This document shows positions 36,063 to 46,818 of a DNA stretch of 64,000 bases, piece by piece (within the stretch, counting starts at the first letter, position 1; each line of letters opens with the position of its first letter). The stretch lies in assembly GCA_020632395.1 (NCBI GenBank), contig JACKFQ010000002.1:83662-147661 (forward strand), given 5' to 3'. This DNA is from Candidatus Nomurabacteria bacterium (GTDB lineage: Bacteria > Patescibacteriota > Dojkabacteria > SC72 > JAHDCA01). The position numbers and the translations under genes are program-made. The notes under the pieces are model-generated. The model searched no databases, was not told the origin of the DNA, and was given only the letters and a program-made list of their open reading frames with translations.

Positions 36063-37166
36063 CTAATTCATCAGTAGATATCCGGTACCTCTATCCGTAT
36101 AGATCATACTACTAGTAGCTCCGTTATGTTCTAATTTCTTTCGCAGTCTTTCTACATTCTTATTCACAGACTGCAAACTGAATTCCTCAGCTTCATCACA
36201 TCTAACAGTTTCCCACAGATCAAGATAGCTGACGGTACGGTTACTACTTCTGATAAGACACTTCATCAAGGATGCCTGTTTAGCTGAGAGACCTACCAAT
36301 TTACCCTCTTTGTACAAGATACTTCCTTCAGGATCACACCTAAATAAACGACCGTTATTCCTTATCCCTAGTCGTTCTCTAAAATTGATACTCTGTTTGA
36401 TCTGATATGAGGTAGGTTTCTTACATAGCCATTTAATATATTTGTCAGAATCGACATCCAATATATCGGCGAGTTCTGTTTCATTCAACATCCAATCCAC
36501 GATAGTTTGAGAATCATGCCATACACCTTCATACTGACCGTAGACTTTAGGTCGGGTCAAAGCCATCGCTATCATTTTTGCAATATACCATGGCTCATTA
36601 TCAATCCTATAAAAGATCCTGATCTTCTTATGACCATTGAAGATCCGTTGATAGGATCCTGCAGGACCATGAGTTGTGGGATGAATATCTATCTGATCTA
36701 GTTCAATATGAATCTTGGGGAACAATTCCTGAAACTTCCGAAAAAATCCATCCTGGATCTGACCCCATTTCTTTTCTCGATGAGTGTAATCTAGCTCCGT
36801 GACCATTTGATCTCGCATAAGTTGCTCAATATCTTTCCGCATGGGGTATTCAAGGGTTCGTAGATTATAGTCCCCAAAATTTTTCACCTTTCTCCAAAAT
36901 CCCGGAATCCTCAAATAGTTCAGATCAGGAAGGGAAACGATCCTAAACCCGTTGAATTTGGTTTCTTTTGTATGTGGGATCACGATGAATCCATTTATCT
37001 TGTAAAATCCCCTGGAAAGATTGGCTGCTGTATGTAGCAACCGGATTGCTTCGGTACGTTGGTTGTAGATCCAATTGACCTTGCATCTGTTCATACTATA
37101 GGGATTATACAACGCTGCAATTACATATACAAGATATATATACAGATATATATCTACCATTATCAT
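36063..37166 (-). CDS. Putative DNA-binding protein with an OmpR/PhoB-type winged-helix C-terminus and an unknown N-terminal domain
   Basis: C-terminal LMKCLIRSSNRTVSYLDLWETV ... VERLRKKLEH ... IYTDRGTGYLLMN fits the trans_reg_C pattern. No receiver domain is present. Confidence 0.5.
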   Translation of the reverse strand: MIMVDIYLYIYLVYVIAALYNPYSMNRCKVNWIYNQRTEAIRLLHTAANLSRGFYKINGFIVIPHTKETKFNGFRIVSLPDLNYLRIPGFWRKVKNFGDYNLRTLEYPMRKDIEQLMRDQMVTELDYTHREKKWGQIQDGFFRKFQELFPKIHIELDQIDIHPTTHGPAGSYQRIFNGHKKIRIFYRIDNEPWYIAKMIAMALTRPKVYGQYEGVWHDSQTIVDWMLNETELADILDVDSDKYIKWLCKKPTSYQIKQSINFRERLGIRNNGRLFRCDPEGSILYKEGKLVGLSAKQASLMKCLIRSSNRTVSYLDLWETVRCDEAEEFSLQSVNKNVERLRKKLEHNGATSSMIYTDRGTGYLLMN

Positions 37167-37251
37167 ACAGAAGAAATAGCTGCACCGAAGGCTTATTCCT
37201 CTAACTTAGGAAGTATCTACAAAGGGAACTTATCGAGAGGATCCAGAATTA

Positions 37252-38607
37252 TCACCAGAGCAAGGCGATCAGTGCAGGGATAGTGATCACAAATATTGTC
37301 AGGATCAATCCAGTTCTCACCATATCTAATGTTCGAATATATCCCGATGAATATGCAATAGCTGAAGGCGGTGTCCCTACAGGTAGTATAAAATCCAATG
37401 AAACACCTATTGTGGTCAAAAGTACTAACACAGTTGGGTCTAAACCTAAACGAGTTGCTAGTGGAATGACCACAGGGATCATAACGACTGCAGCTCCGGT
37501 ATTGGATGCTACGACTGTAAATGCGATCCCAATAAGCAAGAGCAGTATATAAAATGGAAGTACCGGAAATTGCGAGAGAAAACCACCGATCCCGGATGCA
37601 ATATACTCATTGACTCCTGTACTTCCCACTGCTTCGCCTAAAGTTAATCCTCCTCCGAACAGCAAAAGCGTTTCCCAATTCAATTTGTTCAGATCCTGAG
37701 TATTTAAGAACCCAATACCAAACAGGACAATAATTGGAATGGTAGCGATAAGATAAGATGATAATCCAACATATGAGCCAAATAGCCAAAACATCATAGT
37801 AACCAAAGCCAAGACCAGAACAAATTTACCAGATCTGGAGATCTTTGCATTATCCTCGTGAGGATGAAGCTCTTTCTCTTTGGTACGATACAGAGATCTG
37901 ATAACAACAAATATCACAAGTAAAATGACTACTGTGATAGGGATCATATAAACCATCCATTCACTGAAAGTGATCTGTCTGACATTGAAATCTTGAAGAT
38001 ATTTCACAGCTAATGCATTTGGTGGGCTTCCAATTATCGTACCAAGTCCGCCAGTAGTTGCAGCATAAGCTATAGCTAATGGAAATGCCTTATACAAAGG
38101 GTCCTTCTCTGATATATCGCTTTTTTTCAATATCGATATTGAGATCGGGAGTAGTAGTGCAGCTGCGGCTGTATTTGACATCCACATAGATAGTATCGCT
38201 GCTATTACCATCAAACCGAACATTACCTTATACGGATCTCTACCAAACAGGCGAAGACTCTTTCGTGCAATAAATTCGTCGACCCCATATTTGATGAATG
38301 CCGTTGATAATACGAATCCACCCATGAAAAGTACGATTATCGGATCAAAGAAAGGGTTGAAGGCTTCTTTTGGAGTTAACCCACCAAAGAATATAAGTAC
38401 AAAGGCGATAATGAATGATGTGACATATAGTGGCACAACCTCTGTCAACCAGAATATACCGGCAATAATAAAGGTTGCCAAAACGACCCGTTGTGAGGCG
38501 ACTAGCTCTTTAGGAAGATAGTACACCAACATTGATAAAACCACAGTAAGTGTGATCACCCATAACTGCTTTTTGAGGGTCTTTTTATCTGGACCGTGAT
38601 CTTCCAT
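37252..38607 (-). CDS. DASS/ArsB-superfamily anion transporter (SLC13-like permease)
   Basis: 451 aa, polytopic, with hairpin-like re-entrant segments. Confidence 0.65.
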   Translation of the reverse strand: MEDHGPDKKTLKKQLWVITLTVVLSMLVYYLPKELVASQRVVLATFIIAGIFWLTEVVPLYVTSFIIAFVLIFFGGLTPKEAFNPFFDPIIVLFMGGFVLSTAFIKYGVDEFIARKSLRLFGRDPYKVMFGLMVIAAILSMWMSNTAAAALLLPISISILKKSDISEKDPLYKAFPLAIAYAATTGGLGTIIGSPPNALAVKYLQDFNVRQITFSEWMVYMIPITVVILLVIFVVIRSLYRTKEKELHPHEDNAKISRSGKFVLVLALVTMMFWLFGSYVGLSSYLIATIPIIVLFGIGFLNTQDLNKLNWETLLLFGGGLTLGEAVGSTGVNEYIASGIGGFLSQFPVLPFYILLLLIGIAFTVVASNTGAAVVMIPVVIPLATRLGLDPTVLVLLTTIGVSLDFILPVGTPPSAIAYSSGYIRTLDMVRTGLILTIFVITIPALIALLW

Positions 38608-38755
38608 GATCGAGGAGATAAGTTACGCCATGAACATATTATACCCAGATATTTTCTGATACAAGTTTTTCACAGAATACGCTGAACATCTTATCCAACA
38701 ATTTGGATGGTGGTACCATACGCGTAGGAGAAGATCTGAAAAACAAATAGTGGGG

Positions 38756-38830
38756 TTGGTACCGCCACGGGGAATCGAACCCCGATTGCATGGTTGAGAA
38801 CCATGTGTCCTAACCGTTAGACGATGGCGG
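38756..38830 (-). tRNA. tRNA-Glu, anticodon CTC, with encoded CCA
   Basis: Manual fold: TCGTCTAACGGTTAGGACAC D-region typical of tRNA-Glu, anticodon loop TTCTCAA, T-arm CGGGG-TTCGATT-CCCCG, 3' TACCA. Confidence 0.75.
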
Positions 38831-39018
38831 CATCTCTGACGCGAGATTTTACCATAATTTCTGTTAGAGAACAGTATAACATCATATGTCGAAATCCCCC
38901 AGTTCTAGAGTACACTTAGCTTGTTGAGTTGGAAAAGTTTTTCGTATAGAATACTCCTCTGTGTTTAATAAAGTACGAACTTCACAGATTAGAACAATAA
39001 CATGATGGACTAAAGATA

Positions 39019-39480
39019 ATGCCTGAATCAACACATACGATGACCCAGAAAGGCTTAGACGAATTGAAGGTAGAACTTGATCACCGTATCAATGTCAAAA
39101 GAGAAGAATTAAGGTCTATCGTAGAAGACTCCATTCAAAAAGGAGATATCAGTGAGAATGAAGCCTATGAGCTCGCTCTTGAGGAGACAGAGTCTAATGA
39201 GATGCGGATCGCAGAGCTAGAGAGAGTTATTGGAAATGCTGTTATAGCTACAGATACAGGTATTCACACCGTATCAATAGGTAATACTGTATCAGTAAGA
39301 AGCAGTTCTGGAGATTTGGAAATCCAGATCGTGGGTCAAGCAGAGGCAAATCCACTAGATAATAAGATCAGTGATGCAACACCATTGGGGCAATCATTGA
39401 TCGGAAAGAAAAAGGGTGATAAGGTGACGATCAGCCTTCCAAAAGGTGATGTTGAATATGAGATACTGAATATCTCTTGA
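39019..39480 (+). CDS. GreA-family transcription elongation factor, second paralog
   Basis: Same two-domain architecture as greA (coiled coil; C-terminal SLIGKKKGDKVTI). Confidence 0.7.
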   Translation: MPESTHTMTQKGLDELKVELDHRINVKREELRSIVEDSIQKGDISENEAYELALEETESNEMRIAELERVIGNAVIATDTGIHTVSIGNTVSVRSSSGDLEIQIVGQAEANPLDNKISDATPLGQSLIGKKKGDKVTISLPKGDVEYEILNIS

Positions 39481-39520
39481 ACCATACGCTTTTGATATCT
39501 TCTGCTGTAATATTAAGTCG

Positions 39521-40228
39521 TTATGGGTGTACAAAAGTTCCTGATTCTAAAACGCTCGAAAGAGATGGTTGTTCATCAATAGTGCTTCCTCCTGAAACAA
39601 AGAACGAGATCCCTTTCTGCGAGGCGAACCGTGCCGCTAAAACACCAATTGGTATGTTCTGTCCTGGTCTATGAGTAATATTACCTGCAGTCAATCCAAA
39701 GGTTCTGAAATAATCCTCCCAAGTGATGTCTTTTATGATCGTTGCTGTAGGGTCTTTAGATGGGTCAGCAGTATATATGTGATCGATATTTGATAGCTTA
39801 TGTACTTTCTTGATACCCAATATATGTGCTAGGACGACACTATCCATATCTGTACTCCACCCTTCTTTGAATCCGCCTGTGACGACATATTTCGGGCCAT
39901 CATCCACCACCATCTCTAATGCTTGACCCAAAGTTTTCGGAACCATGATACTGTCTTCCCCCAGTAGAGAACGGAGTATCTCAGCATTCGTATTTGTGAT
40001 CGCCATTCCAACTCGATGTTGTGAGTTCTCTGTAGACATGAATGGTCTCACCTGACCCACGAGGTGTCGTGATAGTTTTCCCCCACCTACAATTATTACT
40101 ATTCTAGAATAATCTTTTTTCGCCTCTTTGAACCATGCCTGAAATTTATTGAGAAATTCAAGATTCAAAGACAAAGAAAGATCATACAATAATGAACCTC
40201 CCAACTTTAAAATGATTTTGTCTTGCAT
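39521..40228 (-). CDS. pyrH: UMP kinase
   Basis: Amino-acid-kinase-family motifs IILKLGGS and IVIIVGGG. Size is 235 aa. Confidence 0.65.
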   Translation of the reverse strand: MQDKIILKLGGSLLYDLSLSLNLEFLNKFQAWFKEAKKDYSRIVIIVGGGKLSRHLVGQVRPFMSTENSQHRVGMAITNTNAEILRSLLGEDSIMVPKTLGQALEMVVDDGPKYVVTGGFKEGWSTDMDSVVLAHILGIKKVHKLSNIDHIYTADPSKDPTATIIKDITWEDYFRTFGLTAGNITHRPGQNIPIGVLAARFASQKGISFFVSGGSTIDEQPSLSSVLESGTFVHP

Positions 40229-40237
40229 CTGCCAGGT

Positions 40238-41035
40238 TTAGAAACTTAATAAGATCATCAAGGCCATAAGTGAAAAGAGTACTGGTCGTATGAATTCACC
40301 TAACCTTCTTTCACCAGATAACCGTATACCCCAAACTGATACTATCGTATAGAAAACCGTGGACATATACAACGGATAGCTGATCGCACTGTAATTAACA
40401 AAATATAAAGCAGATAGTAGGAGGGTTCCTATGGAGGCTAATAATATGTATGTACCATTCCTGTTCAATTGCTTATTCAAGATCAACTGATGCAATAATA
40501 AGAACGATCCTACTACCACAGTTCCGGCGATTCGTTGTTGACTATTTGTTCCGATAAGAACAAACCCGCTTACACCCACATAAAATAAAACAAGATCTAC
40601 AAACTGGTATGCTATGCGGGTACCGACCTCCACAGAGAACACTCGTCGATAAGAAGATCGAATATTGATAAGCAGGATATACATAGTTATTGAAGCTACT
40701 AGTAGAAGTAACTGTTTGAGCATCATATTCACAGAACTATAGAGATATAAACATATAGCAATATAGAAGATCGTCGGAGTAAAGAAATATGCAGAAAACC
40801 TTCTTTTTAGATCTATCCAGAGCAGTACCTCACTATGTTCAGAGATCACTTTCCCTCCAAAATTCGAGTAGTTTGAAACCATCCATGTTGCTAGTAATGA
40901 AAAACCTATCATAGCAAAGATGATAAAAAGCCAACCAAGTCCGATGACCTGAGGGATCACCATCATCTCGAACACCACAAAAAGGATTATAGAATAGAAC
41001 ATCTCCCTTTTGTAGTTATTTATAGTTCTTAACAT
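40238..41035 (-). CDS. Integral membrane protein (about 8 TM)
   Basis: Hydrophobicity only. Confidence 0.45.
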   Translation of the reverse strand: MLRTINNYKREMFYSIILFVVFEMMVIPQVIGLGWLFIIFAMIGFSLLATWMVSNYSNFGGKVISEHSEVLLWIDLKRRFSAYFFTPTIFYIAICLYLYSSVNMMLKQLLLLVASITMYILLINIRSSYRRVFSVEVGTRIAYQFVDLVLFYVGVSGFVLIGTNSQQRIAGTVVVGSFLLLHQLILNKQLNRNGTYILLASIGTLLLSALYFVNYSAISYPLYMSTVFYTIVSVWGIRLSGERRLGEFIRPVLFSLMALMILLSF

Positions 41036-42531
41036 CAGTTGATCACCCCACTTAACTCAACTAATGTGCCGACCATCACCAAGAATACAAAAAGTGCCAT
41101 AGTTAAAAGATAATTCCCATGCTGGTTGGACATCCTATGCTTCTTGTAATAAAACACCTGAACCAATAACAAGAGAAGTAAAAAGATCGCAACACCAAGA
41201 TTTACTTTGCCTTTCAGACTCATTGTCGTCAAGTTTGAGATCATCGAATCAAAGAACGATGTAGTCGATACAGGCAGAACTGAACCAACACCAAGTAACA
41301 TATCACCAGAGACCTCAGACTCAGTTGTATTTCCATACTGATCTGAAAGTATCAAAACTTGTCCATCCTGATCGACATTATCTACCACTGATCGTGGTAG
41401 ATAGGCCATATATGATCCATCGCTGTCTTTTGCGAAACCGTAAGTCTCACTACCGACTGTTAAAAAGACTTCTGCAGAGGGGTCATCAGTATACACCCTG
41501 ACTTCTGCATGATTATTATCGATCTTTACCGCGATCCTGCCACCTACTAGTGTTGGAGCTTTCGAATCAATAATAAATTTTAGTTCGTCTGTTATGCCTG
41601 TATCCCCTCCCTCAACATCCTCTAATACCGCTACAACCGATTGCTCACCCTCTGACCAATCCGAACCCTTATCGATACTCCAACTACTCGAAGAGCTCTC
41701 AGATGTTCCCACAATATCATCGCCACGCCTGAGAGTTACCGTGTATTGACCTAATGACCCGACATATCCATCAACAGTACCTTCTACATCGATTGATGGA
41801 TCAGTAATAACCTCTCCATCTGTTGGTCTAACTATACTGATGCTCTTGATCTGGCCTGTTTCGCTATCTGGGAGTGGTGTCTCGATCTCAGGGGCAGGAT
41901 CTGGTTGTGAAGGTAGTTCTGGTACTGTGTCTGCTACCGGAGCAACAGGTGTTGGTGCCGGAGTTGGTGCTGGTGCTGAAACTGTTGTAGAACCAAACAT
42001 CTGTACAACCAGTACTACACTCTCCCCCTGTAATGTACCCTCAACAGTAGCCACTCCGATATCCTTATAATTCTCATTTATGATGTTTGCCCGATGTGTA
42101 GGACTTGCCATCCATGCTTGATGTACACCTTCAGCTGTCACAAACCCCTTAGCTAAGTTCTCCCCAGCAAACACATATCCGTATCCTGCACCTGAAATAA
42201 ACTGCCAGGGGCTTTCACCATTCGGACCAAAATGATCCCAATAGTCTTTTGATAACATATCTTGAGCTTTTGCCTGTGCTGCCGCAGATAATCTCGCATC
42301 CGTCTTAAGTGTCGATAATCCCTGATTTGTTCTCTCACTATTTGTTAGGGCAATGATGTTGGAAGGATTGATACTGCTAGCAAAAACCCTTGATGAGGCA
42401 CCAGGTATCAATATATCTATAAATAGATTGAACATCAGCAAAGCGATGGTTAATACCGAAAGAAAACCCTTGCGCATAAGAACAGGGTAATACTGGTTCT
42501 TTTTTGTTGGAATAATGAGTTGAGTTATCAC
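41035..42531 (-). CDS. Secreted CAP/SCP/PR-1 domain protein with a Pro/Thr linker and a C-terminal TM anchor
   Basis: CAP motifs (GENLA ... HQAWMASPTHRANI), a PAPTPAPTPVAP linker, and a C-terminal hydrophobic helix. Confidence 0.6.
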   Translation of the reverse strand: MITQLIIPTKKNQYYPVLMRKGFLSVLTIALLMFNLFIDILIPGASSRVFASSINPSNIIALTNSERTNQGLSTLKTDARLSAAAQAKAQDMLSKDYWDHFGPNGESPWQFISGAGYGYVFAGENLAKGFVTAEGVHQAWMASPTHRANIINENYKDIGVATVEGTLQGESVVLVVQMFGSTTVSAPAPTPAPTPVAPVADTVPELPSQPDPAPEIETPLPDSETGQIKSISIVRPTDGEVITDPSIDVEGTVDGYVGSLGQYTVTLRRGDDIVGTSESSSSSWSIDKGSDWSEGEQSVVAVLEDVEGGDTGITDELKFIIDSKAPTLVGGRIAVKIDNNHAEVRVYTDDPSAEVFLTVGSETYGFAKDSDGSYMAYLPRSVVDNVDQDGQVLILSDQYGNTTESEVSGDMLLGVGSVLPVSTTSFFDSMISNLTTMSLKGKVNLGVAIFLLLLLLVQVFYYKKHRMSNQHGNYLLTMALFVFLVMVGTLVELSGVIN

Positions 42532-42715
42532 AGGCAGTTATATTTTGAATTCTAGATCCAGTTTAAAGGAAAAGTTGATAGGTGGCAATTGATGAAATGA
42601 TGTCTTGCTTGAAAAAAGTTATCAGGACCTTGCCTTATACATGCTTTTTCAAACTTGTATAAGTCAAGGCCCTGATCTCATGTACTCTGCAGTGTGCAGA
42701 GTGATGCCGGCAGTA

Positions 42716-42988
42716 TTACTTCACAGCTTCCTTCAAACCCTTTCCTGCTTTGAAAGCGGGAACTTTGGTTGCGGGAAGTTGTATTTTAGCCTTAGTCTGG
42801 GGATTGATCCCGACTCTTGCGGCTCTATGTCGAACTTCAAATCTTCCGAAACCGGTCAGAAGAACAGAATCTCCCTTTGCGAGAGCGCCTGTGACAGCCT
42901 CGAGCATTGCATCGATAGCTTCACCTGCCTGCTTTTTGGTCAATCCGACTTTGTCGGCAACGACCTGTTGTAGATCTCTTCTTAGCAT
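42716..42988 (-). CDS. hup: HU family DNA-binding protein
   Basis: 90 aa with the classic HU arm RFEVRHRAARVGINPQTKAKIQLPATKVPAFKAGKGL. Confidence 0.9.
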   Translation of the reverse strand: MLRRDLQQVVADKVGLTKKQAGEAIDAMLEAVTGALAKGDSVLLTGFGRFEVRHRAARVGINPQTKAKIQLPATKVPAFKAGKGLKEAVK

Positions 42989-43098
42989 GCCTTGGTCCTC
43001 CTTTCTTCTGAGATAGAGCGTGGAAAGCTTATATTAATGCTTTTCCTCACACTAGCTTAAAATATAAGATTTTTAGGGGCTTGTCAAGAACTGCGTAC

Positions 43099-43899
43099 CT
43101 ATAGGATTTTATTTATACGCCTTATTGCAACAGCCTTTCTTGAAGTTTCGATGTCGATTAGTACAGCATCAAACCTTAATGGGCCATCTTCTTCTATTTC
43201 GAACCGTGGTGAGTAAGGGAACATATTTTGTTGGAATATCACGTCTTTTTTAACCCAGAGGACAGAATCCATCGGACCAGCCATACCAACATCAGTGATA
43301 TATGCGGTACCCTTTTCTAGTATCCTTTCATCAGCAGTTGGAATATGAGTATGAGTTCCTACTAAAGCGCTTATGCGTCCATCAAAATAAAAGCCGGCCG
43401 ATAGTTTTTCAGATGTAGACTCTGCATGAAAATCCACTAAGATCCCTGCATAACTATCGATGTCGATATTATCCAGAAGATCATTTAAAGCCCTAAACGG
43501 TTCTGACAGGGTGCGTTCATTCATGAACGCTATACCCATAGCAGAAATGACTAGAAAACGACCTTTTTTGCCGAGATCGATCTCACCATACCCTTTCCCT
43601 GGAAGATCTGCCGGATAATTGAGCGGTCTGATCACTGGTAACTCACCTGAGAGAACATCGTGAAATTCATTGTTTCGCCAGATATGGTTTCCCGCTGTAA
43701 AGAAGTCCACACCACTACCCATCAGTTCTCTGACTGTTTCAACAGTTGCGCCCCTTCCGTGTGCCACATTTTCTGTATTTGTGATCACTAGGTCTATCTC
43801 AAGCTCTTTACGCAATTTTGACAGGAAGTGGGCGACTGCACGTCGCCCTGGCTTCCCACTGACATCACCAATAAAAAGGAGTCTTATCATTAACGACAA
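43099..43899 (-). CDS. ymdB: YmdB-like metallophosphoesterase (TIGR00282 family)
   Basis: LLFIGDVSGKPGRRAV start. Sits beside rny, as in Firmicutes. Confidence 0.75.
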   Translation of the reverse strand: MSLMIRLLFIGDVSGKPGRRAVAHFLSKLRKELEIDLVITNTENVAHGRGATVETVRELMGSGVDFFTAGNHIWRNNEFHDVLSGELPVIRPLNYPADLPGKGYGEIDLGKKGRFLVISAMGIAFMNERTLSEPFRALNDLLDNIDIDSYAGILVDFHAESTSEKLSAGFYFDGRISALVGTHTHIPTADERILEKGTAYITDVGMAGPMDSVLWVKKDVIFQQNMFPYSPRFEIEEDGPLRFDAVLIDIETSRKAVAIRRINKIL

Positions 43900-43914
43900 C
43901 CTTTCAATTCAAAT

Positions 43915-45447
43915 TTACATTGCAGTTTCTTGAACCCTATATTCTCGGATCACTGTGACCTGCACTGTACCCGGATATGTTTGGGTTTCCTGGATCTTTG
44001 CCGCAATATCCTTTGCTAGCACCGCTGCCTCAGCATCGTCATAGCTCTTAGGTTTGACGATAACTCTGACCTCTCGTCCTGCATGAATAGCATACACATC
44101 ATCGATCTTATCTTTTGCAAGATCCTTAGCAACATTCTCGATCCCTTCAACTCTCTTGATGTACTGCTCATAGCTATCTTTTCGAGCCCCTGGTCTTGCA
44201 CCAGAGATAGCATCTGCCAGATATACGACCATCGCTTCGATCGATTGTGGTTCGATATCCAAATGGTGAGCTTCGATAGCATTCACCAATTTATCAGGCA
44301 AACCATACTTTCGTGCGATCTGCCCAGAGATGTGATGATGTGCACCCTCAACTTTGTGAGTTAGGACTTTACCTACATCATGGAGTAGACAGGCTTTCTT
44401 CACCAGATCTACATCTGCATTCAGTTCGGATGCTAATGCTGCACCCAAACGCACTACTTCGATCGTGTGTTTCATCAAGCTTTGACCGTAGCTTGTTCTA
44501 TATTTCATCTTTCCGATCAATTTCAACAACCCAAGATCCATTCCTGGCCATCCAGCCTCATCGGCTAAGATCTGACCATTTTTCTTGATCTCAGTGGCAA
44601 TCTCATTCTTTGCTTTTCTAACTTCCTCTTCGATAGTACCCGGATGTATCCTGCCATCTTTGATCAGCTTGTCCATAGCTACTTTTGCTATCTCCCTCCT
44701 AAGCGGATCAAAAGATGATAAACCTATCGCATTTGGAGATTCATCTACTATCACATCTACACCTGTGATCTTCTCAAATGCTCTAATGTTTCGGCCATCT
44801 TTTCCGATCACCCTACCTTTGACCTTCTCATCTTCAAGTTTGATTGTCGATGTGGTAGTTTCACCAACATAATCAGTCACGATCCTCTGCATACTTTCGA
44901 TCAGTATCTGCTTGGATCGTTCTTCAGCAACCTCTTCTGATCGTTTCTCAGCTGCACGGATCAGTGATGCCTCATAATTCTTGATATCTTCCTCTACCTC
45001 TTTGAGGAGTTTCTGTTTTGCCTCTTCTCTAGTAAGACCGGAGATCTTTTCAAGCTCTTTTTTCAGCTTAGATCTCTCATCTTCTACTATCTGCTTCATT
45101 CTTTTATACTTGATCTTCTCCTCTTCAAGTGTCGTAGCCTCCTGTTCGATCATTTTCGAGCGTTGATTTAGGGTCTTTTCCCTCTCCATCAAAAGATTTT
45201 CCTGCTCTACAAGTTCTTTTCGAACGGTTTTTGCTCTTTCTTCTGCTCTCTCTCGGATCTCCAATGCTTCTCGTTCTGCTTGCTCCATTTTTTCAGAAGC
45301 CCTCTTTTGAACGATAGTTCGAACTTCTTCTTCGGTATAATCCTCAGCCTTTGTGGGCCTACCTTTCTTCATACCGTAGTTGTATGCTCCAACCGCACCA
45401 ACGGATAACGAAATGAGAACAGTAACGAGTAATGTTACTGGTTCCAT
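43915..45447 (-). CDS. rny: Ribonuclease Y
   Basis: N-terminal TM helix, a coiled-coil region, a KH domain (GRVIGKDGRNIRAFEKITGVDVIVD) and an HD domain (LLHDVGK). Confidence 0.9.
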   Translation of the reverse strand: MEPVTLLVTVLISLSVGAVGAYNYGMKKGRPTKAEDYTEEEVRTIVQKRASEKMEQAEREALEIRERAEERAKTVRKELVEQENLLMEREKTLNQRSKMIEQEATTLEEEKIKYKRMKQIVEDERSKLKKELEKISGLTREEAKQKLLKEVEEDIKNYEASLIRAAEKRSEEVAEERSKQILIESMQRIVTDYVGETTTSTIKLEDEKVKGRVIGKDGRNIRAFEKITGVDVIVDESPNAIGLSSFDPLRREIAKVAMDKLIKDGRIHPGTIEEEVRKAKNEIATEIKKNGQILADEAGWPGMDLGLLKLIGKMKYRTSYGQSLMKHTIEVVRLGAALASELNADVDLVKKACLLHDVGKVLTHKVEGAHHHISGQIARKYGLPDKLVNAIEAHHLDIEPQSIEAMVVYLADAISGARPGARKDSYEQYIKRVEGIENVAKDLAKDKIDDVYAIHAGREVRVIVKPKSYDDAEAAVLAKDIAAKIQETQTYPGTVQVTVIREYRVQETAM

Positions 45448-45723
45448 ATATTACTGTGTAACAAGTTATAACAGTTGTTACTGTATATAGAGGATCTGCC
45501 CGTCCGGCGGGTTATTACCCAAAGGGATGAAAAACACTTTTACATCAATGTAATAAGATTTTCGCAAACTCATCAATTGTGACATGATAGGTCATTACAG
45601 TTATTTGCATGTTGGTTTTTGATGAATTCCCACTAACCATAAGGGTCAACTTCTTCTATAAACAGATAATCTCCAACCGTATATTATACCATCTATTCAG
45701 AAGCAACAGGAGTGTCGAACTGT

Positions 45724-46818
45724 TCAATTCATGATCCTTAATATATCGGAATGAGAAATATCCATCAGATCTGATATATTCTCATTTATGGCATTTACAT
45801 ATCTCTGGAAAAAGGTCAGGTTGTGAATTGTAGCTAAAGACATTCCAGTTATTTCATTATTTTTTAATAATTGATGGATATACGCCCTAGTATGCTCCTG
45901 ACAAGCCTCACAGTTACATTTACTATCTATAGGTGATGTATCTGTAGAATACTGAGAATTACCTATCCTAAGGACTCCATCATCAGTATCAGTTGAATAT
46001 AATGTGCCATGTCTTGCGTTTCGAGTAGGCAGAACAGTATCAAATAGTGTGTAGCCTAATTTTGCACAAGCGAGTATATCCTCTGGTTTCCCCACCCCCA
46101 TAGCATATTTCAGAGTTCCTTTTGGAGTATTCTCAACAACACATTTCAACTGCTCAACAACAAGTTCGCCCGAATCATCCAAAACATAACCCCCAAAGTT
46201 ATAACCATCAAAACCGATATCAACGAGGGCATTGGCACACTTCTCTCGCAGATCATTGAAATTTGCTCCTTGAACTACAGAGGTCAGGAACTTCCCTTTT
46301 CTCTCAGAACTCGGATATTTCAGATAGTGAGCTTTGCATCTCTCAGCCCACTGTATTGTATTTTTTACTGATACTTCAGCTTCTTCGCGACTTGTCTCTG
46401 CTTTTCGGCAATCATCCAGCACCACGAGAATGTCAGTTCCCAATTTCATTTGTATATCTATACTTTTTTCAGGAGTTAACTCATATGTTGTACCATCCCT
46501 GGGGGATTTGAAAGTCGCGCCATCATGATGTATCTTTCCTTCCCACTTTTTTGTATGAAGAAGTGAAAACACCTGAAATCCTCCAGAATCTGACAGTATA
46601 AGACCTGGCCAATTCATGAACTTATGGACACCCCCTAATTGGGCTACAGTATCGGCACCAGGACTGATGAGCATATGCAAGGTATTGACTACGATATGAC
46701 TTGTACCAGTTGCATGCAATTGCTCTGATGTTAATCCTCTAACAACGCCACGAGTGGCATCTGGCATAAATGTCACCACTCCATGTAGATCTGTTGGTGT
46801 TGGTCTTCTATTATTCAT
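45724..46818 (-). CDS. tgt: Queuine tRNA-ribosyltransferase
   Basis: TIM-barrel Tgt motifs and the zinc site CNCEACQEH. Confidence 0.85.
   Translation of the reverse strand: MNNRRPTPTDLHGVVTFMPDATRGVVRGLTSEQLHATGTSHIVVNTLHMLISPGADTVAQLGGVHKFMNWPGLILSDSGGFQVFSLLHTKKWEGKIHHDGATFKSPRDGTTYELTPEKSIDIQMKLGTDILVVLDDCRKAETSREEAEVSVKNTIQWAERCKAHYLKYPSSERKGKFLTSVVQGANFNDLREKCANALVDIGFDGYNFGGYVLDDSGELVVEQLKCVVENTPKGTLKYAMGVGKPEDILACAKLGYTLFDTVLPTRNARHGTLYSTDTDDGVLRIGNSQYSTDTSPIDSKCNCEACQEHTRAYIHQLLKNNEITGMSLATIHNLTFFQRYVNAINENISDLMDISHSDILRIMN

Noticed and set aside
42685-42701. Perfect 7-bp hairpin CTCTGCA-gtg-TGCAGAG 14 nt after the hup stop as a terminator
   Set aside because: No U-tract follows on the minus strand. 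A longer imperfect inverted repeat (42632-42690) overlaps it, so function is unclear and it is not listed as a terminator.
45490-45520. GC-rich palindrome-like CCCGTCCGGCGGG downstream of tgt
   Set aside because: The stem is imperfect, it lies about 200 nt from the gene end, and it has no T-tract.
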